Shown here in pieces: positions 26,940 to 37,756 of a DNA stretch of 64,000 nt. Position numbers and translations under genes: made by a program. The notes beneath the pieces are model-generated. The model made no database searches. It saw only the letters and a program-made list of their open reading frames with translations, and had not been told where the DNA came from. Within the stretch, counting starts at the first letter, position 1; each line of letters begins with the position of its first letter. This DNA is from an uncultured Flavobacteriales bacterium (lineage in GTDB: Bacteria > Bacteroidota > Bacteroidia > AKYH767-A > 2013-40CM-41-45): positions 499 to 64,498 of the forward strand of contig CAYHFJ010000002.1 in NCBI GenBank assembly GCA_964355885.1, read 5' to 3'.

Positions 26940-28595
26940 ATGAAGGATTTTGATTATTGGTATTTCGCGGCCGGTTTAGCTTTGTTTGTTTTTGGAATGA
27001 TGCGAATTGAGGGTTCGTTGAAAGACTTGGCTGGTCGTTCATTTAAAAAGTTTCTTCAAAGGCAAACGAGGCAGCCTTTAAGAGCTGTACTCGCCGGGAC
27101 TGCCGTGACAGCAGTTTTGCAAAGTAGTTCTGTAGTCTTATTAATGGTTCTTTCTTTCGTTGGTGCAGGAATCATGGAAATGAGAAATGCACTTGCTTTA
27201 GTGTTGGGATCAAATCTTGGAACTACCATAAGCAGTTGGATCGTTGCCATATTTGGCTTTAAGTTTGAGATTGAGAAATTAAGTTATCCGATTTTAGCAC
27301 TTGCTTTAGCAGGTTTTATTTTTTTTCGCAGTCGGGCGCAAATACGCCAATTCAGTGAATTTCTGGTAGGTTTTGCATTACTTTTCATTGGCCTGTCATG
27401 GATGAAGGAGAGTGCAAGTGCATTGGCAGATCCTAATTTATTAGCTGCTGTAACCTCCAGAACTCCGTATATTTTTATCCCTATTGGTTTTTTGTTTACT
27501 GTCATTATTCAGTCCAGCTCAGCTACAATGGCTATTACGTTAACGGCCTTACATTCCGGTCTTATTCCGCTTGAACATGCAGCTGCAATGGTGATAGGTG
27601 CGGAGCTTGGGACATCCATAAAAATCATGGTTGGTGCCATTGGTGGAATTCCTGACAAGAAAAGGGTTGCGCTGGGCAATTTGTATTTTAATTCCGCCAC
27701 ACTTATTCTGGCCGCATTAATACTATATCCGCTTCTAAATCTTATTGGTTATTTTTTGCCGGAGACAGAAGCACTCATCAAACTAGTCCTTTTTCAATCA
27801 AGTATAAACCTTCTAAGCATTTTTATTTTTCTTCCATTTCTCAGAAAGTTTGCGGACCTGCTTGAAAAGTATTTTTCAAAAGGAAAAGGTACTGACCTCA
27901 CGCTGTTCATTCACAAGATTTCACGAAATGAAAATAAAGATGTGATTAAGCTGGCAGAAATGGAAATCGCATCATTCTTTCGACATGCTTTTTTATTAAA
28001 TAGAATTGGTTTAGAAATTGCAATTGATAACAAGCCTGAAGAAGCATGGTATAAAAGCCTGAGGAGCCTTACTCATGCTCCTCTGTCTTACAATGATCAA
28101 TATCAAAATATTAAATTATTGCAAGGAGAGATTCTGGAATTTTTACAGGAAGTTCAGCAGGAAAAAATTGAGCCTGAGAAAGTGACACGTTTGAACACCT
28201 TGACAATTGTATGCAGGGAGGTGATACACGGTGTAAAGAATATAAAGGACATACGGCATAATCTGAAGGATCTTGCAGATACAGCTGAAGATGAACTTTA
28301 TGAATTGTTTAAGTCATTGCAGAAAAGGGAAAATTTTTTCTATGAGGCATTGGAGAAGTTCCTTGACACCGGGAAAGTAAGCGCAGAAGAGAGAAATCAG
28401 CCTGAGGAATTGATAAAATTAAATAAGGAAGAGCATGAATTAGAAATTTCAAAACTGTTATCTATTTTACGTGAGGATAGAATCTCAGAGATTGAAGTGT
28501 CCACCATGCTGAATGTTTACCGCGAAATATATTCGTCTCACAAAGTCTTTTTACTCGCACTATCAGACTTTTTTAAATTGAGTGATAAGGAATGA
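26940..28595 (+). CDS. Na+/phosphate cotransporter family protein (NptA-like, with a PhoU-like C-terminal region)
   Basis: Two QSSS repeats (LQSSSVVLLMV and IQSSSATMAIT) in a polytopic N-terminal half, and a helical, charged C-terminal half. Confidence 0.85.
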   Translation: MKDFDYWYFAAGLALFVFGMMRIEGSLKDLAGRSFKKFLQRQTRQPLRAVLAGTAVTAVLQSSSVVLLMVLSFVGAGIMEMRNALALVLGSNLGTTISSWIVAIFGFKFEIEKLSYPILALALAGFIFFRSRAQIRQFSEFLVGFALLFIGLSWMKESASALADPNLLAAVTSRTPYIFIPIGFLFTVIIQSSSATMAITLTALHSGLIPLEHAAAMVIGAELGTSIKIMVGAIGGIPDKKRVALGNLYFNSATLILAALILYPLLNLIGYFLPETEALIKLVLFQSSINLLSIFIFLPFLRKFADLLEKYFSKGKGTDLTLFIHKISRNENKDVIKLAEMEIASFFRHAFLLNRIGLEIAIDNKPEEAWYKSLRSLTHAPLSYNDQYQNIKLLQGEILEFLQEVQQEKIEPEKVTRLNTLTIVCREVIHGVKNIKDIRHNLKDLADTAEDELYELFKSLQKRENFFYEALEKFLDTGKVSAEERNQPEELIKLNKEEHELEISKLLSILREDRISEIEVSTMLNVYREIYSSHKVFLLALSDFFKLSDKE

Positions 28596-28619
28596 AGGGA
28601 CGGCAAAAGCTAGAGTAAA

Positions 28620-29528
28620 TTATATTCCTGAATACTTCAATGAGTAAATTAAAGTAAGCCATGCCTCATTGATCTCCCCTCTGTCAAGGAGAGTTTTTGC
28701 AAGTTCATGCAATTTTTGTTCAAAAGTCAGGGGCTTACCGCTAAACCTTTCCCGGAGGTCTTTGATATGTGTCTTGTATGCAAATTCATTTACTTCTTTT
28801 TCATCCGGTAACTCCTTCACATTTCCCAGCTGTCCCAGATTATTTCCTGTAAGAATTTTACTAAGTCGTATTCTTTCAGGAATTTGATCTACACCAATTC
28901 CCTGTTCCATAAGTGGTTTTGTGACTTCAAAAATAGATGCACCTGAGGCTCTGCAATAATAGTTTTCACCCATTCTGGCAACCAGGTCGATTTTGTGTAC
29001 ATCAATTTTATTTTCTGATGTGAGTATTTTTTCGTCAATATGCATAAGTACTATTTCACAAATAATAAGATTTGCAGCACCACCCTGAGTACCCATTTCT
29101 TTAACCTCAAGAACTTTACATTCCATTTGAACAGGAGATTCTTTAATGCGATATGGTTTTACAATATCTGATTGAATGGGAGTGAATCCTGACTTAATAA
29201 ATTCATCAACACCTTTTGGAAACTCAGTGCTGGCTAAAGACATCTGGTGAACCATTTCGAAGTTTACAACATTGATTACCACTTCACCGGTTTCATGAAT
29301 ATTTTCAAGTGTGTGCTTAATGGTATTATCACGCACACGACGGGCAGGGGAAAAGACTAGGATTGGAGGTTTGCTGCCAAAAGCATTAAAAAAACTAAAA
29401 GGTGCCAGATTGCGGATTCCATTTTTATCGATGGTACTGGCGAAGGCAATTGGTCTAGGAGCGATGGATGCCAGCATATAGCTGTGAAACAGAGAAGTTT
29501 TAACTTCTCCCGGGATTATTTTTAACAT
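28620..29528 (-). CDS. Flavin reductase-like domain protein with a C-terminal extension
   Basis: SIAPRPIAFASTID ... PFSFFNAF matches the flavin reductase-like fold. I chose the MLKIIPGE Met (29528) as the start; the tracked upstream start runs toward the tRNA promoter region. Confidence 0.7.
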   Translation of the reverse strand: MLKIIPGEVKTSLFHSYMLASIAPRPIAFASTIDKNGIRNLAPFSFFNAFGSKPPILVFSPARRVRDNTIKHTLENIHETGEVVINVVNFEMVHQMSLASTEFPKGVDEFIKSGFTPIQSDIVKPYRIKESPVQMECKVLEVKEMGTQGGAANLIICEIVLMHIDEKILTSENKIDVHKIDLVARMGENYYCRASGASIFEVTKPLMEQGIGVDQIPERIRLSKILTGNNLGQLGNVKELPDEKEVNEFAYKTHIKDLRERFSGKPLTFEQKLHELAKTLLDRGEINEAWLTLIYSLKYSGI

Positions 29529-29625
29529 ATGAACCTGATTAGGTCTCAAAGGTACAAAACATGCCATGTATTGAATGCACTGTAAATCAAGAGGTTCACA
29601 ATATTGTACCAAGGGAAAAAATAAC

Positions 29626-29633
29626 TACCTTCG
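29626..29633 (+). promoter_or_regulatory. Possible -7 box for tRNA-Leu
   Basis: TACCTTCG (one mismatch to TAnnTTTG) ends 13 nt before the tRNA 5' end. Confidence 0.3.
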
Positions 29634-29646
29634 CATCCCATTTTCA

Positions 29647-29728
29647 GCGCATGTGGCGTAATTGGCAGCCGCGCCAGACTTAGGATCTGGTGCCGAAAGG
29701 CGTGTGGGTTCGAGTCCCTCCATGCGCA
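29647..29728 (+). tRNA. tRNA-Leu, anticodon UAG (type II, long variable arm)
   Basis: Hand-folded. Acceptor stem GCGCATG/CATGCGC with discriminator A. D-arm GCG-TAATTGGCAGC-CGC. Anticodon stem CCAGA/TCTGG with loop CTTAGGA (anticodon TAG). Variable arm TGCCGAAAGGCGT. T-arm GTGGG-TTCGAGT-CCCTC, with a U-U mismatch at 50:64. No CCA is encoded. Confidence 0.85.
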
Positions 29729-29737
29729 CTGAAAACT

Positions 29738-29773
29738 AAATCCATCGCCCGTCTCAGGACAGGTGATGGATTT
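29738..29773 (+). terminator. Long hairpin downstream of tRNA-Leu (candidate terminator or processing signal)
   Basis: A 12-bp stem, AAATCCATCGCC paired with GGTGATGGATTT (one G-U pair), with a 12-nt loop. A T8 run follows 10 nt later (29784-29791). Confidence 0.5.
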
Positions 29774-29855
29774 ATGCAATAGATTTTTTTTATTGCAAAG
29801 TTTTGGATGAGTAAGCGCAAAGCATTAATAGATTTAGGATTTAAGAAGCTTAAAG

Positions 29856-31229
29856 ATGATGAACATTACCAAAGAGCAAATCGACGAGCTGAATGCCGTT
29901 GTGAAGATTGAGCTAAAACCGGATGACTATCAGAGTCGCGTCAACGAGGTAATTAAAAATTACCAGCGATCTGTTAGTGTTCCGGGGTTTCGCCCAGGAA
30001 AAGTTCCTGTCGGTGTTATCAAGAAAATGTATGGTAAAGCTGTACTAGTTGAAGAGCTGAACAAAATGCTCAGTGAGTCATTAGGCAAGTACATCTATGA
30101 TAACAAACTGGAAGTAATCGGATCTCCACTACCTAAAAAGGGTGAGAAGGATCCAGTCTTCGAAGATGGTGCCAGTTTTGAGTTTTTATATGAACTTGGG
30201 ATGGCTCCTTCGTTTGAGGTGAGTATACCCAAGGAACAGATTCCGTATTATCTGATTCAGGTTGATGAGAAAATGATGGAAGATGATATTGCTGATATCC
30301 GTCGTCGATATGGTAAATTTTCTAATCCGGAAGTTTCAGAAGAGCATCATGTTTTATACGGTGAGTTTATAGAACTTGATACTGAAGGTCAGCCGAAGGA
30401 AGGTGCTCACAAGACCACCACTTCTTTATCTTTGGAATTAATCCGTAATGTGGATAAACGAAAAGTTTTTATTGGACTAAAGAAGTCCGATGAAGTTCGT
30501 TTCAATCCTATGGATACCTTCGGTAACGATACAGAAGTTGCTGCAATGTTAAAGGTCGGAAAGGATTCGCCGTCCATTCATTCAGATTACAAATTTACGG
30601 TTAATACCATAAATCAAATTGACAAAGCTGAGTTGAATCAGGAACTCTTTGACAAGTTATATGGCGAAGGAGTTGTGAAAACTGAAGAGGAATTTCGTGC
30701 TAAGATCAAAGAAAGTATCGCGAAATATTTTATTCGTGAAAGCGATCGGAAGTTGAGTAAGGACCTAAAGAATTTCTTGTTGACGAGCATATCCATTCCA
30801 CTACCTGATGAGTTTTTGCAGCGTATGCTCAAAGCTAACTCCGCCAAACCGATAGAAGAGGATGCTTTCATTCATGAGTATTATCACCTGTCGGAAGATT
30901 TACGATGGAGTCTGATTCAGAATAAAGTTGCCGCAGCTCATATGCTCGAAGTAACTGAAGGGGAGATTAAAGAACTTGCCCGTCAGGTGATGCGACAGGA
31001 GTTTGCTCAGTATGGCTACTATGACCTTGAAGATGAACGATTAGAGGAGATGACCGTTCGTTATTTACAACAGGAAGGCGCAGAAGAAAAACTCGAACGA
31101 AGTATTAAAGAAAATAAGGTATTCGAACAATTGAAGAAGGAAGTAAAATTAAAAGAGGTCGAACTGCCTTACTCGGAGTTCATAGAGAAACTTCAGGAAA
31201 AAACAAAGCACGAGCAAGATCAACATTGA
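29856..31229 (+). CDS. tig: Trigger factor
   Basis: VPGFRPGKVP signature; 457 aa; followed by clpP-clpX as in many bacteria. Confidence 0.92.
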   Translation: MMNITKEQIDELNAVVKIELKPDDYQSRVNEVIKNYQRSVSVPGFRPGKVPVGVIKKMYGKAVLVEELNKMLSESLGKYIYDNKLEVIGSPLPKKGEKDPVFEDGASFEFLYELGMAPSFEVSIPKEQIPYYLIQVDEKMMEDDIADIRRRYGKFSNPEVSEEHHVLYGEFIELDTEGQPKEGAHKTTTSLSLELIRNVDKRKVFIGLKKSDEVRFNPMDTFGNDTEVAAMLKVGKDSPSIHSDYKFTVNTINQIDKAELNQELFDKLYGEGVVKTEEEFRAKIKESIAKYFIRESDRKLSKDLKNFLLTSISIPLPDEFLQRMLKANSAKPIEEDAFIHEYYHLSEDLRWSLIQNKVAAAHMLEVTEGEIKELARQVMRQEFAQYGYYDLEDERLEEMTVRYLQQEGAEEKLERSIKENKVFEQLKKEVKLKEVELPYSEFIEKLQEKTKHEQDQH

Positions 31230-31250
31230 TCTGTTTCCCACCCAAAAGCG

Positions 31251-31281
31251 AAAATGCATCCATTGAGATGCATTTTTTTTT
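31251..31281 (+). terminator. Rho-independent terminator after tig
   Basis: AAAATGCATC, loop cattga, GATGCATTTT, running into a T9 tract. Confidence 0.8.
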
Positions 31282-31570
31282 AGGTAATGAGGCTAAAAAT
31301 AGATGGTGTATTTTAGATTATTTAGGACTAATTGAACTCCGGCATTCAAACTTTGAAATTTTCATTCAGGCTAAGATATTGTCATAGTCTTTTGTCCTCC
31401 AAATGTTCCGGCCTCAGTCGCCTGACCACTTAAAAGCTTGTTGAAAACTATTTTGGCTGTCATATTACTGAGTACCACTTCGGGTTAATTTTGAAATTGA
31501 AAAAAAACAAGCTCTGTTTGGAATTAGTCCGGGCGGAAGGGGATTTTAATTTAAAAACGAAAAGGAGAAA

Positions 31571-32248
31571 ATGAATTATTCAGATGAGTTTCGCAAGTAC
31601 GCGATAAAGCACAAGGGGATTAGCAGTATTACTGTTGACAGTTTTGTTTCGTCTGTGAGAGCAGATTACATTTCACCCACAATTATTGAAGAGAGACAGT
31701 TGAATATTGCCACCATGGACGTTTTCTCGCGACTCATGATGGATCGTATTATTTTTCTTGGTGTAGGAATCAATGATTATGTCTCAAATATCATTCAGGC
31801 TCAGCTGTTGTTTCTGGAATCAGTTGATGCAAAGAAGGATATCCAGATTTATATGAATAGTCCGGGTGGTTCAGTTTATGCTGGATTGGGAATTTATGAT
31901 ACCATGCAATTTATTCAGCCCAATATTGCCACTATCTGTACCGGAATGGCTGCTTCCATGGCCGCTGTCTTAATGACAGCAGGTGCAAAAGGAAAAAGAG
32001 CAGCATTAAAGCATGCAAGGATAATGATTCACCAGCCTATGGGAGGTGCTGAAGGACAGGCTTCCGATATTGAAATCACTGCCCGTGAGATTCAAAAGCT
32101 TAAGAAGGAGCTTTATGAGATTATCGCATCCCATTCAGGTCAGACCTTTGAAAAGGTATGGGCAGATTCAGATCGTGATTATTGGATGACAGCTGATGAG
32201 GCGAAGGAATATGGAATGATAGACGAGGTACTCACCAGAAAAAAATAA
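31571..32248 (+). CDS. clpP: ATP-dependent Clp protease proteolytic subunit
   Basis: The GMAASMAA (Ser), IMIHQP (His) and SDRD motifs are present. Confidence 0.95.
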   Translation: MNYSDEFRKYAIKHKGISSITVDSFVSSVRADYISPTIIEERQLNIATMDVFSRLMMDRIIFLGVGINDYVSNIIQAQLLFLESVDAKKDIQIYMNSPGGSVYAGLGIYDTMQFIQPNIATICTGMAASMAAVLMTAGAKGKRAALKHARIMIHQPMGGAEGQASDIEITAREIQKLKKELYEIIASHSGQTFEKVWADSDRDYWMTADEAKEYGMIDEVLTRKK

Positions 32249-32361
32249 ATCCCGCTTTTTTAGCGATTTTTAAGACGCAAGCTACCGGTTAAATAGTTTA
32301 AAAATTGAACTATTCTCCGTAGCTTGCGTTTAAATTTCCAATAGATTCTTCCAAATTGAAT

Positions 32362-33606
32362 ATGAAAAACCAGAAAGATATAAAATGCTCATTCTGTGGG
32401 CGTGACAAGAGCGAGACGTATGTTTTAATTGCAGGAATTACAGGGCATATTTGTGATCAGTGTATACAACAGGCACAGAATATCCTCAGCGACGAGATGA
32501 ATAGCAAGCTGAAGAATACGATCAGCTCACAAATAACTTTGTTGAAGCCGATGGAAATAAAAAAATTCCTCGAGCAGTATGTTATAGGTCAGGATGATGC
32601 AAAAAAGGTGCTTTCTGTTGCTGTGTACAATCATTACAAACGAATTGCAGCCAAAATCAAGAAGCAGGATGATGTTGAAATTGAAAAATCGAATATCATA
32701 CTTGTAGGAGAAACCGGCACAGGAAAAACACTTTTAGCCAGAACAATTGCTAAAATGTTGAATGTTCCTTTTTGTATTGCCGATGCAACAGTTTTGACAG
32801 AAGCAGGTTATGTTGGAGAAGATGTGGAAAGTATACTTACCAGATTACTTCAATCCGCAGATTACGATGTGGCTTCAGCAGAGCGGGGAATCGTATATAT
32901 TGATGAGATTGATAAAATTGCCCGTAAAAGTGACAACCCTTCCATTACCCGTGATGTGAGTGGAGAAGGGGTTCAGCAGGCCTTATTAAAATTACTTGAA
33001 GGCTCGATCGTAAATGTACCCCCGCAGGGAGGAAGAAAGCATCCAGAACAGAAAATGATTTCCATGGATACCCAGAATATCCTTTTCATTTGTGGTGGAG
33101 CATTTGATGGAATTGAGAAGAAAATAGCAAAAAGATTACAGGCAAATGCACTTGGTTTTAAGGCCAGCAAAGACCAAGATAGTTACGATAAAGCGAATTA
33201 TCTTCAGTATATCAGCCCTATGGATCTAAAAGCATTTGGTATTATACCGGAGCTGATAGGTCGCCTTCCGGTAATTACACATCTTGATCATTTGGACAAA
33301 ACGGTGTTACGGTCTATTCTTACTGCGCCAACGAATGCACTTATCAAACAATACGAAAAGTTGTTCCAATTGGAAGGGGTGAACCTGAGGCTAGAGAACC
33401 CTGTCAGGCGTTTTATTGTTGATAAAGCATTTGAGTTTAAGCTAGGAGCCAGAGGATTACGTTCAATTTGTGAGGCTATTTTATTAGACGCGATGTTTGA
33501 GGTTCCTTCCGCGGGAAAATCGGCTCCTAAAGATTTCGTTGTGACACTTTCTTATGCGAAGGAGAAATTCTCGAAATCTAACGTGAATAAGCTGAAAGTT
33601 GCCTGA
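32362..33606 (+). CDS. clpX: ATP-dependent Clp protease ATP-binding subunit ClpX
   Basis: Zinc-finger CSFCGR...CDQC, Walker A GETGTGKT, Walker [11 protein letters not shown] preferred the ATG at 32362 over the tracked TTG at 32356. Confidence 0.95.
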   Translation: MKNQKDIKCSFCGRDKSETYVLIAGITGHICDQCIQQAQNILSDEMNSKLKNTISSQITLLKPMEIKKFLEQYVIGQDDAKKVLSVAVYNHYKRIAAKIKKQDDVEIEKSNIILVGETGTGKTLLARTIAKMLNVPFCIADATVLTEAGYVGEDVESILTRLLQSADYDVASAERGIVYIDEIDKIARKSDNPSITRDVSGEGVQQALLKLLEGSIVNVPPQGGRKHPEQKMISMDTQNILFICGGAFDGIEKKIAKRLQANALGFKASKDQDSYDKANYLQYISPMDLKAFGIIPELIGRLPVITHLDHLDKTVLRSILTAPTNALIKQYEKLFQLEGVNLRLENPVRRFIVDKAFEFKLGARGLRSICEAILLDAMFEVPSAGKSAPKDFVVTLSYAKEKFSKSNVNKLKVA

Positions 33607-33982
33607 TCCAACCCGCTGTTATTGATAATCTTCTTAATTTTTTAAGGGCGATAAGACCAATTGTCGTGAACGCTTGTCTAAATGATAGGGCGAGATAGCA
33701 ATTTCCCTGTAAATGGTAATAACTTAATTTTAAGCTTTTTATAATTAAATACCAACTTCATTTAGAATGCGGTATAAATCGGCTTGAATTAAAGTCGTCC
33801 AAAATTAAATCTTGTTATTTTGTTCGCATGAAGTCAAGGTAGATTCCAATCGGGATCTTCCAAAATATCGTTTTTTGAGCATTATTCCGCTAAAATACAT
33901 TGCCAATGGCATAGTCCTAAGCCATTGAAAATGTGCATATTAATTTTTGAGGCATCTGTGTAAAAATAATTATTAATAGGAT

Positions 33983-34012
33983 TTGGTAAATATAAAAGAA
34001 GATGTACCTTTG
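33983..34012 (+). promoter_or_regulatory. Bacteroidota-type promoter (-33 TTG and -7 TACCTTTG) for the rpsL operon
   Basis: TTG at 33983-33985 and TACCTTTG at 34005-34012, with a 19-nt spacer. This is about 64 nt upstream of the rpsL ATG. Confidence 0.5.
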
Positions 34013-34075
34013 CAATCCCTAAAAATAGGGGGAATTCCAAGAAAGTCTCAAACCTAATCTGAAAGAAATCAACGA

Positions 34076-34471
34076 ATGCCAACATTACAGCAGTTAGTCC
34101 GCAAAGGGCGCTCAAAATTGGTAGATAAAAGCAAATCTCCGGCTTTGGTATCTTGTCCACAACGTCGCGGTGTTTGTACTCGTGTTTACACAACGACTCC
34201 AAAGAAGCCGAATTCAGCGATGCGTAAAGTAGCACGTGTTCGTCTTACAAATAAGTTCGAGGTAACAGCATACATTCCAGGTGAAGGGCATAACCTTCAG
34301 GAGCACTCAATAGTCATGATCCGCGGAGGCAGGGTAAAAGATCTTCCGGGAGTTCGTTATCACATCATTCGTGGTACATTGGATACGGCGGGTGTTGATG
34401 GTCGCAAGCAACAGAGAAGTAAATACGGTGCGAAGCGTCCGAAGGCAGGTGTACCTGCAGCAAAGAAATAA
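34076..34471 (+). CDS. rpsL: 30S ribosomal protein S12
   Basis: [12 protein letters not shown]... and [16 protein letters not shown]. Confidence 0.97.
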   Translation: MPTLQQLVRKGRSKLVDKSKSPALVSCPQRRGVCTRVYTTTPKKPNSAMRKVARVRLTNKFEVTAYIPGEGHNLQEHSIVMIRGGRVKDLPGVRYHIIRGTLDTAGVDGRKQQRSKYGAKRPKAGVPAAKK

Positions 34472-34520
34472 GCAATAAATAACAAGAATTATATTCACTA
34501 CCAATAGCTGAAGATTAATC

Positions 34521-34988
34521 ATGCGGAAGACCAAACCAAAGAAAAGAATTTTGTTACCGGATCCTAAGTTCAATGATACGCTGGTAACCCGTTTTGTGAA
34601 TAACCTCATGTATGGAGGAAACAAAAGCACAGCCTACGGAATTTTCTATGATGCGGTTGCACGTGTAGAGGAGAAGACGAAGGAAAGTGGATTAGATATG
34701 TGGAAGAAGGCAATGACTAATGTAATGCCGACAGTTGAAGTAAAGAGCCGTCGTGTTGGTGGAGCTACCTTCCAGATCCCAAGTGAAATCCGCCCGGATC
34801 GTCGTGTGGCATTGACTATCAAATGGCTGATCAGCTATTCGAGAAACCGCAATGAGAAATCAATGGCGGAGCGTTTGGCAGGTGAGATTATCGCAGCTTC
34901 AAAAGGTGAAGGTGCTGCAGTGAAGAAGAAAGAGGATACGCACCGTATGGCTGAAGCCAACAAAGCCTTCTCTCACTTCAGAGCTTAA
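34521..34988 (+). CDS. rpsG: 30S ribosomal protein S7
   Basis: [19 protein letters not shown]... It follows rpsL. Confidence 0.97.
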   Translation: MRKTKPKKRILLPDPKFNDTLVTRFVNNLMYGGNKSTAYGIFYDAVARVEEKTKESGLDMWKKAMTNVMPTVEVKSRRVGGATFQIPSEIRPDRRVALTIKWLISYSRNRNEKSMAERLAGEIIAASKGEGAAVKKKEDTHRMAEANKAFSHFRA

Positions 34989-35212
34989 GTTTATAGAATT
35001 TAACAAAGGATAAGTGAATTATCCATCATTAATAAGTAGTTCTTTTTTTTAACGGATAACCAAGACTTGCCGCTTTCATCGAGCAAGATTATCTACTGGA
35101 TAACTGAGCATGCCTCCGGGCATTATTATAAGAGAAATTAATTCTCTGTTCAAAGTGTCCGGTTATCACGAGAAAAAACAACTATCGTTATGATTAACGG
35201 AGAACTAATCAA

Positions 35213-37339
35213 ATGAGCAACGAATTAAAGAAAACACGCAACATTGGGATTTCCGCGCACATCGATGCCGGTAAAACCACCACCACAGAGCGCATCCTGT
35301 ATTATACAGGAAAAGTGCATAAGATTGGTGAGGTGCACGAAGGCGCTGCTACCATGGATTGGATGGTTCAGGAGCAGGAGCGTGGTATAACCATTACATC
35401 CGCCGCCACTACAACTTACTGGAATTACAAGGACGATACGTACAAGATCAATATTATTGATACACCTGGACACGTTGACTTCACTGTGGAAGTGGAACGT
35501 TCATTACGTGTATTGGATGGCGCTGTCGCGCTTTTTTGTGCAGTGGGAGGAGTAGAGCCGCAGTCAGAGACTGTTTGGCGTCAAATGAATAAGTATAACG
35601 TTCCCCGTATAGGTTTCGTGAATAAGATGGACCGTGCAGGTGCAAATTTTTTAAATGTCGTTCAACAGGTAAAAGAACGTCTTCATGGCAATCCGGTTCC
35701 CCTCCAGCTTCCTATTGGCGCGGAGGATTTGTTCGTCGGGGTTGTTGACCTGATCACAAATAAAGCAATCATCTGGCACGATGAAACTAAAGGCGCGACC
35801 TTTGACATAGTGCCAATTCCAATCGACATGCAAGCTGAGGTGAATCACTGGCGTGCAAATCTGGTGGAAGCGGTCGCTGAATTTGATGATCACCTGATGG
35901 AAAAGTTTTTTGTAGATCCAAACTCAATCACTGACGATGAATTGCGTAATGCGATTCGATTGGCTACGAATGCAATGAAGATCACTCCGCTCTTGTGTGG
36001 ATCTGCTTTCAAGAACAAAGGTGTTCAGGTGATGTTGGATGCTGTTATAGAATTTCTGCCATCTCCGATGGATGTTGGTCCGGTTATCGGCATTAACCCT
36101 GAAACAGACAAAGAGGAGACACGTCAGCCTGATCCCAAAGATAAATTCGCTTCACTTGCATTCAAGATAGCTACTGACCCATTCGTTGGTCGTCTCGCTT
36201 TCTTTCGTGTTTACTCTGGTCGTCTGGATGCAGGTTCTTATGTATTGAATGCCCGTACTAACAAGAATGAGCGTATTTCCCGGATCATCCGGATGCACGC
36301 TAATAAGCAAAGCCCAATTGATTTTATCGAGGCAGGTGACATTGGTGCTGCAGTTGGTTTTAAAGATATTAAAACCGGAGATACCCTGTGTGATCCGAAT
36401 CACCCGATTGTTCTTGAGTCTATGTCATTCCCTGTGCCGGTAATCGGTCTTGCGATTGAGCCGAAGACTCAGGCTGATGTGGATAAACTAGGAATGGCTC
36501 TGGCTAAATTAGCCGAGGAAGATCCAACTTTCCGGGTTCATACAGATGAAGACAGTGGGCAAACAGTAATTTCAGGAATGGGTGAATTGCACCTTGAGAT
36601 CATTGTTGATCGTCTTCGTCGTGAATTTAAAGTAGAATGTAATCAGGGTGCTCCGCAGGTTTCTTATAAAGAAGCCTTAATTGGAAGTGCAACACACCGT
36701 GAAACGTATAAAAAACAGACTGGTGGTCGCGGTAAATTCGCTGACATACAGTTTGAAATTGGTCCTGTTGATAAAGAATGGGTTGAAAAGGGTCATACCG
36801 GCCTTCAATTCGTTAATGAAATTTCAGGTGGAAGTATTCCACGTGAATTCATACCATCCGTTCAAAAGGGTTTTGATCAGGCCATGTCAACAGGTGTGCT
36901 TGCCGGGTACCCGGTAGACATGCTGAAGGTTCGTTTGTTTGATGGATCATTTCACGCAGTTGACTCCGATGCACTTTCTTTCGAGATCTGTGCGAAGATC
37001 GCATTCCGTGAATCTGCACCTAAAGCTAAACCCGTACTTCTTGAGCCGATCATGAAAGTAGAAGTTGTTACTCCGGATTTATACATGGGTGATGTTATGG
37101 GTGACCTTAACAAACGTCGTGGCCAGTTGGAAGGAATGGATACACGTGCAGGAGCACAGGTTATTCGTGCTAAAGTGCCTCTCTCTGAAATGTTCGGTTA
37201 TGTAACAACACTTCGTACCATCACTTCAGGTCGCGCATCCTCCACGATGGAATTCTCCCATTATGCAGAGTGTCCCCGGACACTTGCCGATGAAGTAATT
37301 GCAAAGGTCAAAGGCAAATCAAAAGCAGAAAAAGTTTAA
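35213..37339 (+). CDS. fusA: Elongation factor G
   Basis: [17 protein letters not shown] and NKMD GTPase motifs; 708 aa. Confidence 0.97.
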   Translation: MSNELKKTRNIGISAHIDAGKTTTTERILYYTGKVHKIGEVHEGAATMDWMVQEQERGITITSAATTTYWNYKDDTYKINIIDTPGHVDFTVEVERSLRVLDGAVALFCAVGGVEPQSETVWRQMNKYNVPRIGFVNKMDRAGANFLNVVQQVKERLHGNPVPLQLPIGAEDLFVGVVDLITNKAIIWHDETKGATFDIVPIPIDMQAEVNHWRANLVEAVAEFDDHLMEKFFVDPNSITDDELRNAIRLATNAMKITPLLCGSAFKNKGVQVMLDAVIEFLPSPMDVGPVIGINPETDKEETRQPDPKDKFASLAFKIATDPFVGRLAFFRVYSGRLDAGSYVLNARTNKNERISRIIRMHANKQSPIDFIEAGDIGAAVGFKDIKTGDTLCDPNHPIVLESMSFPVPVIGLAIEPKTQADVDKLGMALAKLAEEDPTFRVHTDEDSGQTVISGMGELHLEIIVDRLRREFKVECNQGAPQVSYKEALIGSATHRETYKKQTGGRGKFADIQFEIGPVDKEWVEKGHTGLQFVNEISGGSIPREFIPSVQKGFDQAMSTGVLAGYPVDMLKVRLFDGSFHAVDSDALSFEICAKIAFRESAPKAKPVLLEPIMKVEVVTPDLYMGDVMGDLNKRRGQLEGMDTRAGAQVIRAKVPLSEMFGYVTTLRTITSGRASSTMEFSHYAECPRTLADEVIAKVKGKSKAEKV

Positions 37340-37383
37340 TTGACTAAACAGGATACCATTAAATACTAAAACGTTCTTTTATC

Positions 37384-37692
37384 ATGTCACAGCGAATTCG
37401 CATCAAATTAAAATCTTACGATCACAACCTGGTTGATAAATCAGCTGAGAAGATCGTGAAGACAGTTAAAGTTACCGGTGCAGTGGTGAACGGGCCAATT
37501 CCGTTACCAACAGATAAGAAGATCTTCACAGTTCTTCGCTCCCCGCACGTAAATAAGAAAGCACGTGAGCAATTCAAGTTGTGTTCTTACAAGCGATTGC
37601 TGGACATCTATAATTCATCAGCTAAAACTGTTGATGCATTGATGAAATTAGAATTGCCAAGTGGAGTAGAAGTTGAAATTAAAGCGAGTTAA
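37384..37692 (+). CDS. rpsJ: 30S ribosomal protein S10
   Basis: [11 protein letters not shown]...[12 protein letters not shown]. Confidence 0.97.
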   Translation: MSQRIRIKLKSYDHNLVDKSAEKIVKTVKVTGAVVNGPIPLPTDKKIFTVLRSPHVNKKAREQFKLCSYKRLLDIYNSSAKTVDALMKLELPSGVEVEIKAS

Positions 37693-37756
37693 TTAAAATA
37701 ATACAGGTGAATGTTTGACCATCGTGTCAAACCTCTGACCTCTAACGATAGAAGAA

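Noticed and set aside
29546-29779. A 77-aa minus-strand ORF.
   Set aside because: It overlaps tRNA-Leu and its downstream hairpin completely, so it is an artefact of the structured RNA sequence.
31562-31567. A Shine-Dalgarno-like AAGGAG just upstream of clpP, in a genome where most genes lack one.
   Set aside because: Only 3 nt separate it from the ATG, which is too short for canonical SD pairing. It is probably just part of the A/G-rich leader typical of this phylum.
33882-34235. A 117-aa minus-strand ORF upstream of and overlapping rpsL.
   Set aside because: It covers the rpsL promoter and the first 160 nt of rpsL in antisense. It has an AT-rich, low-information translation and no start context.
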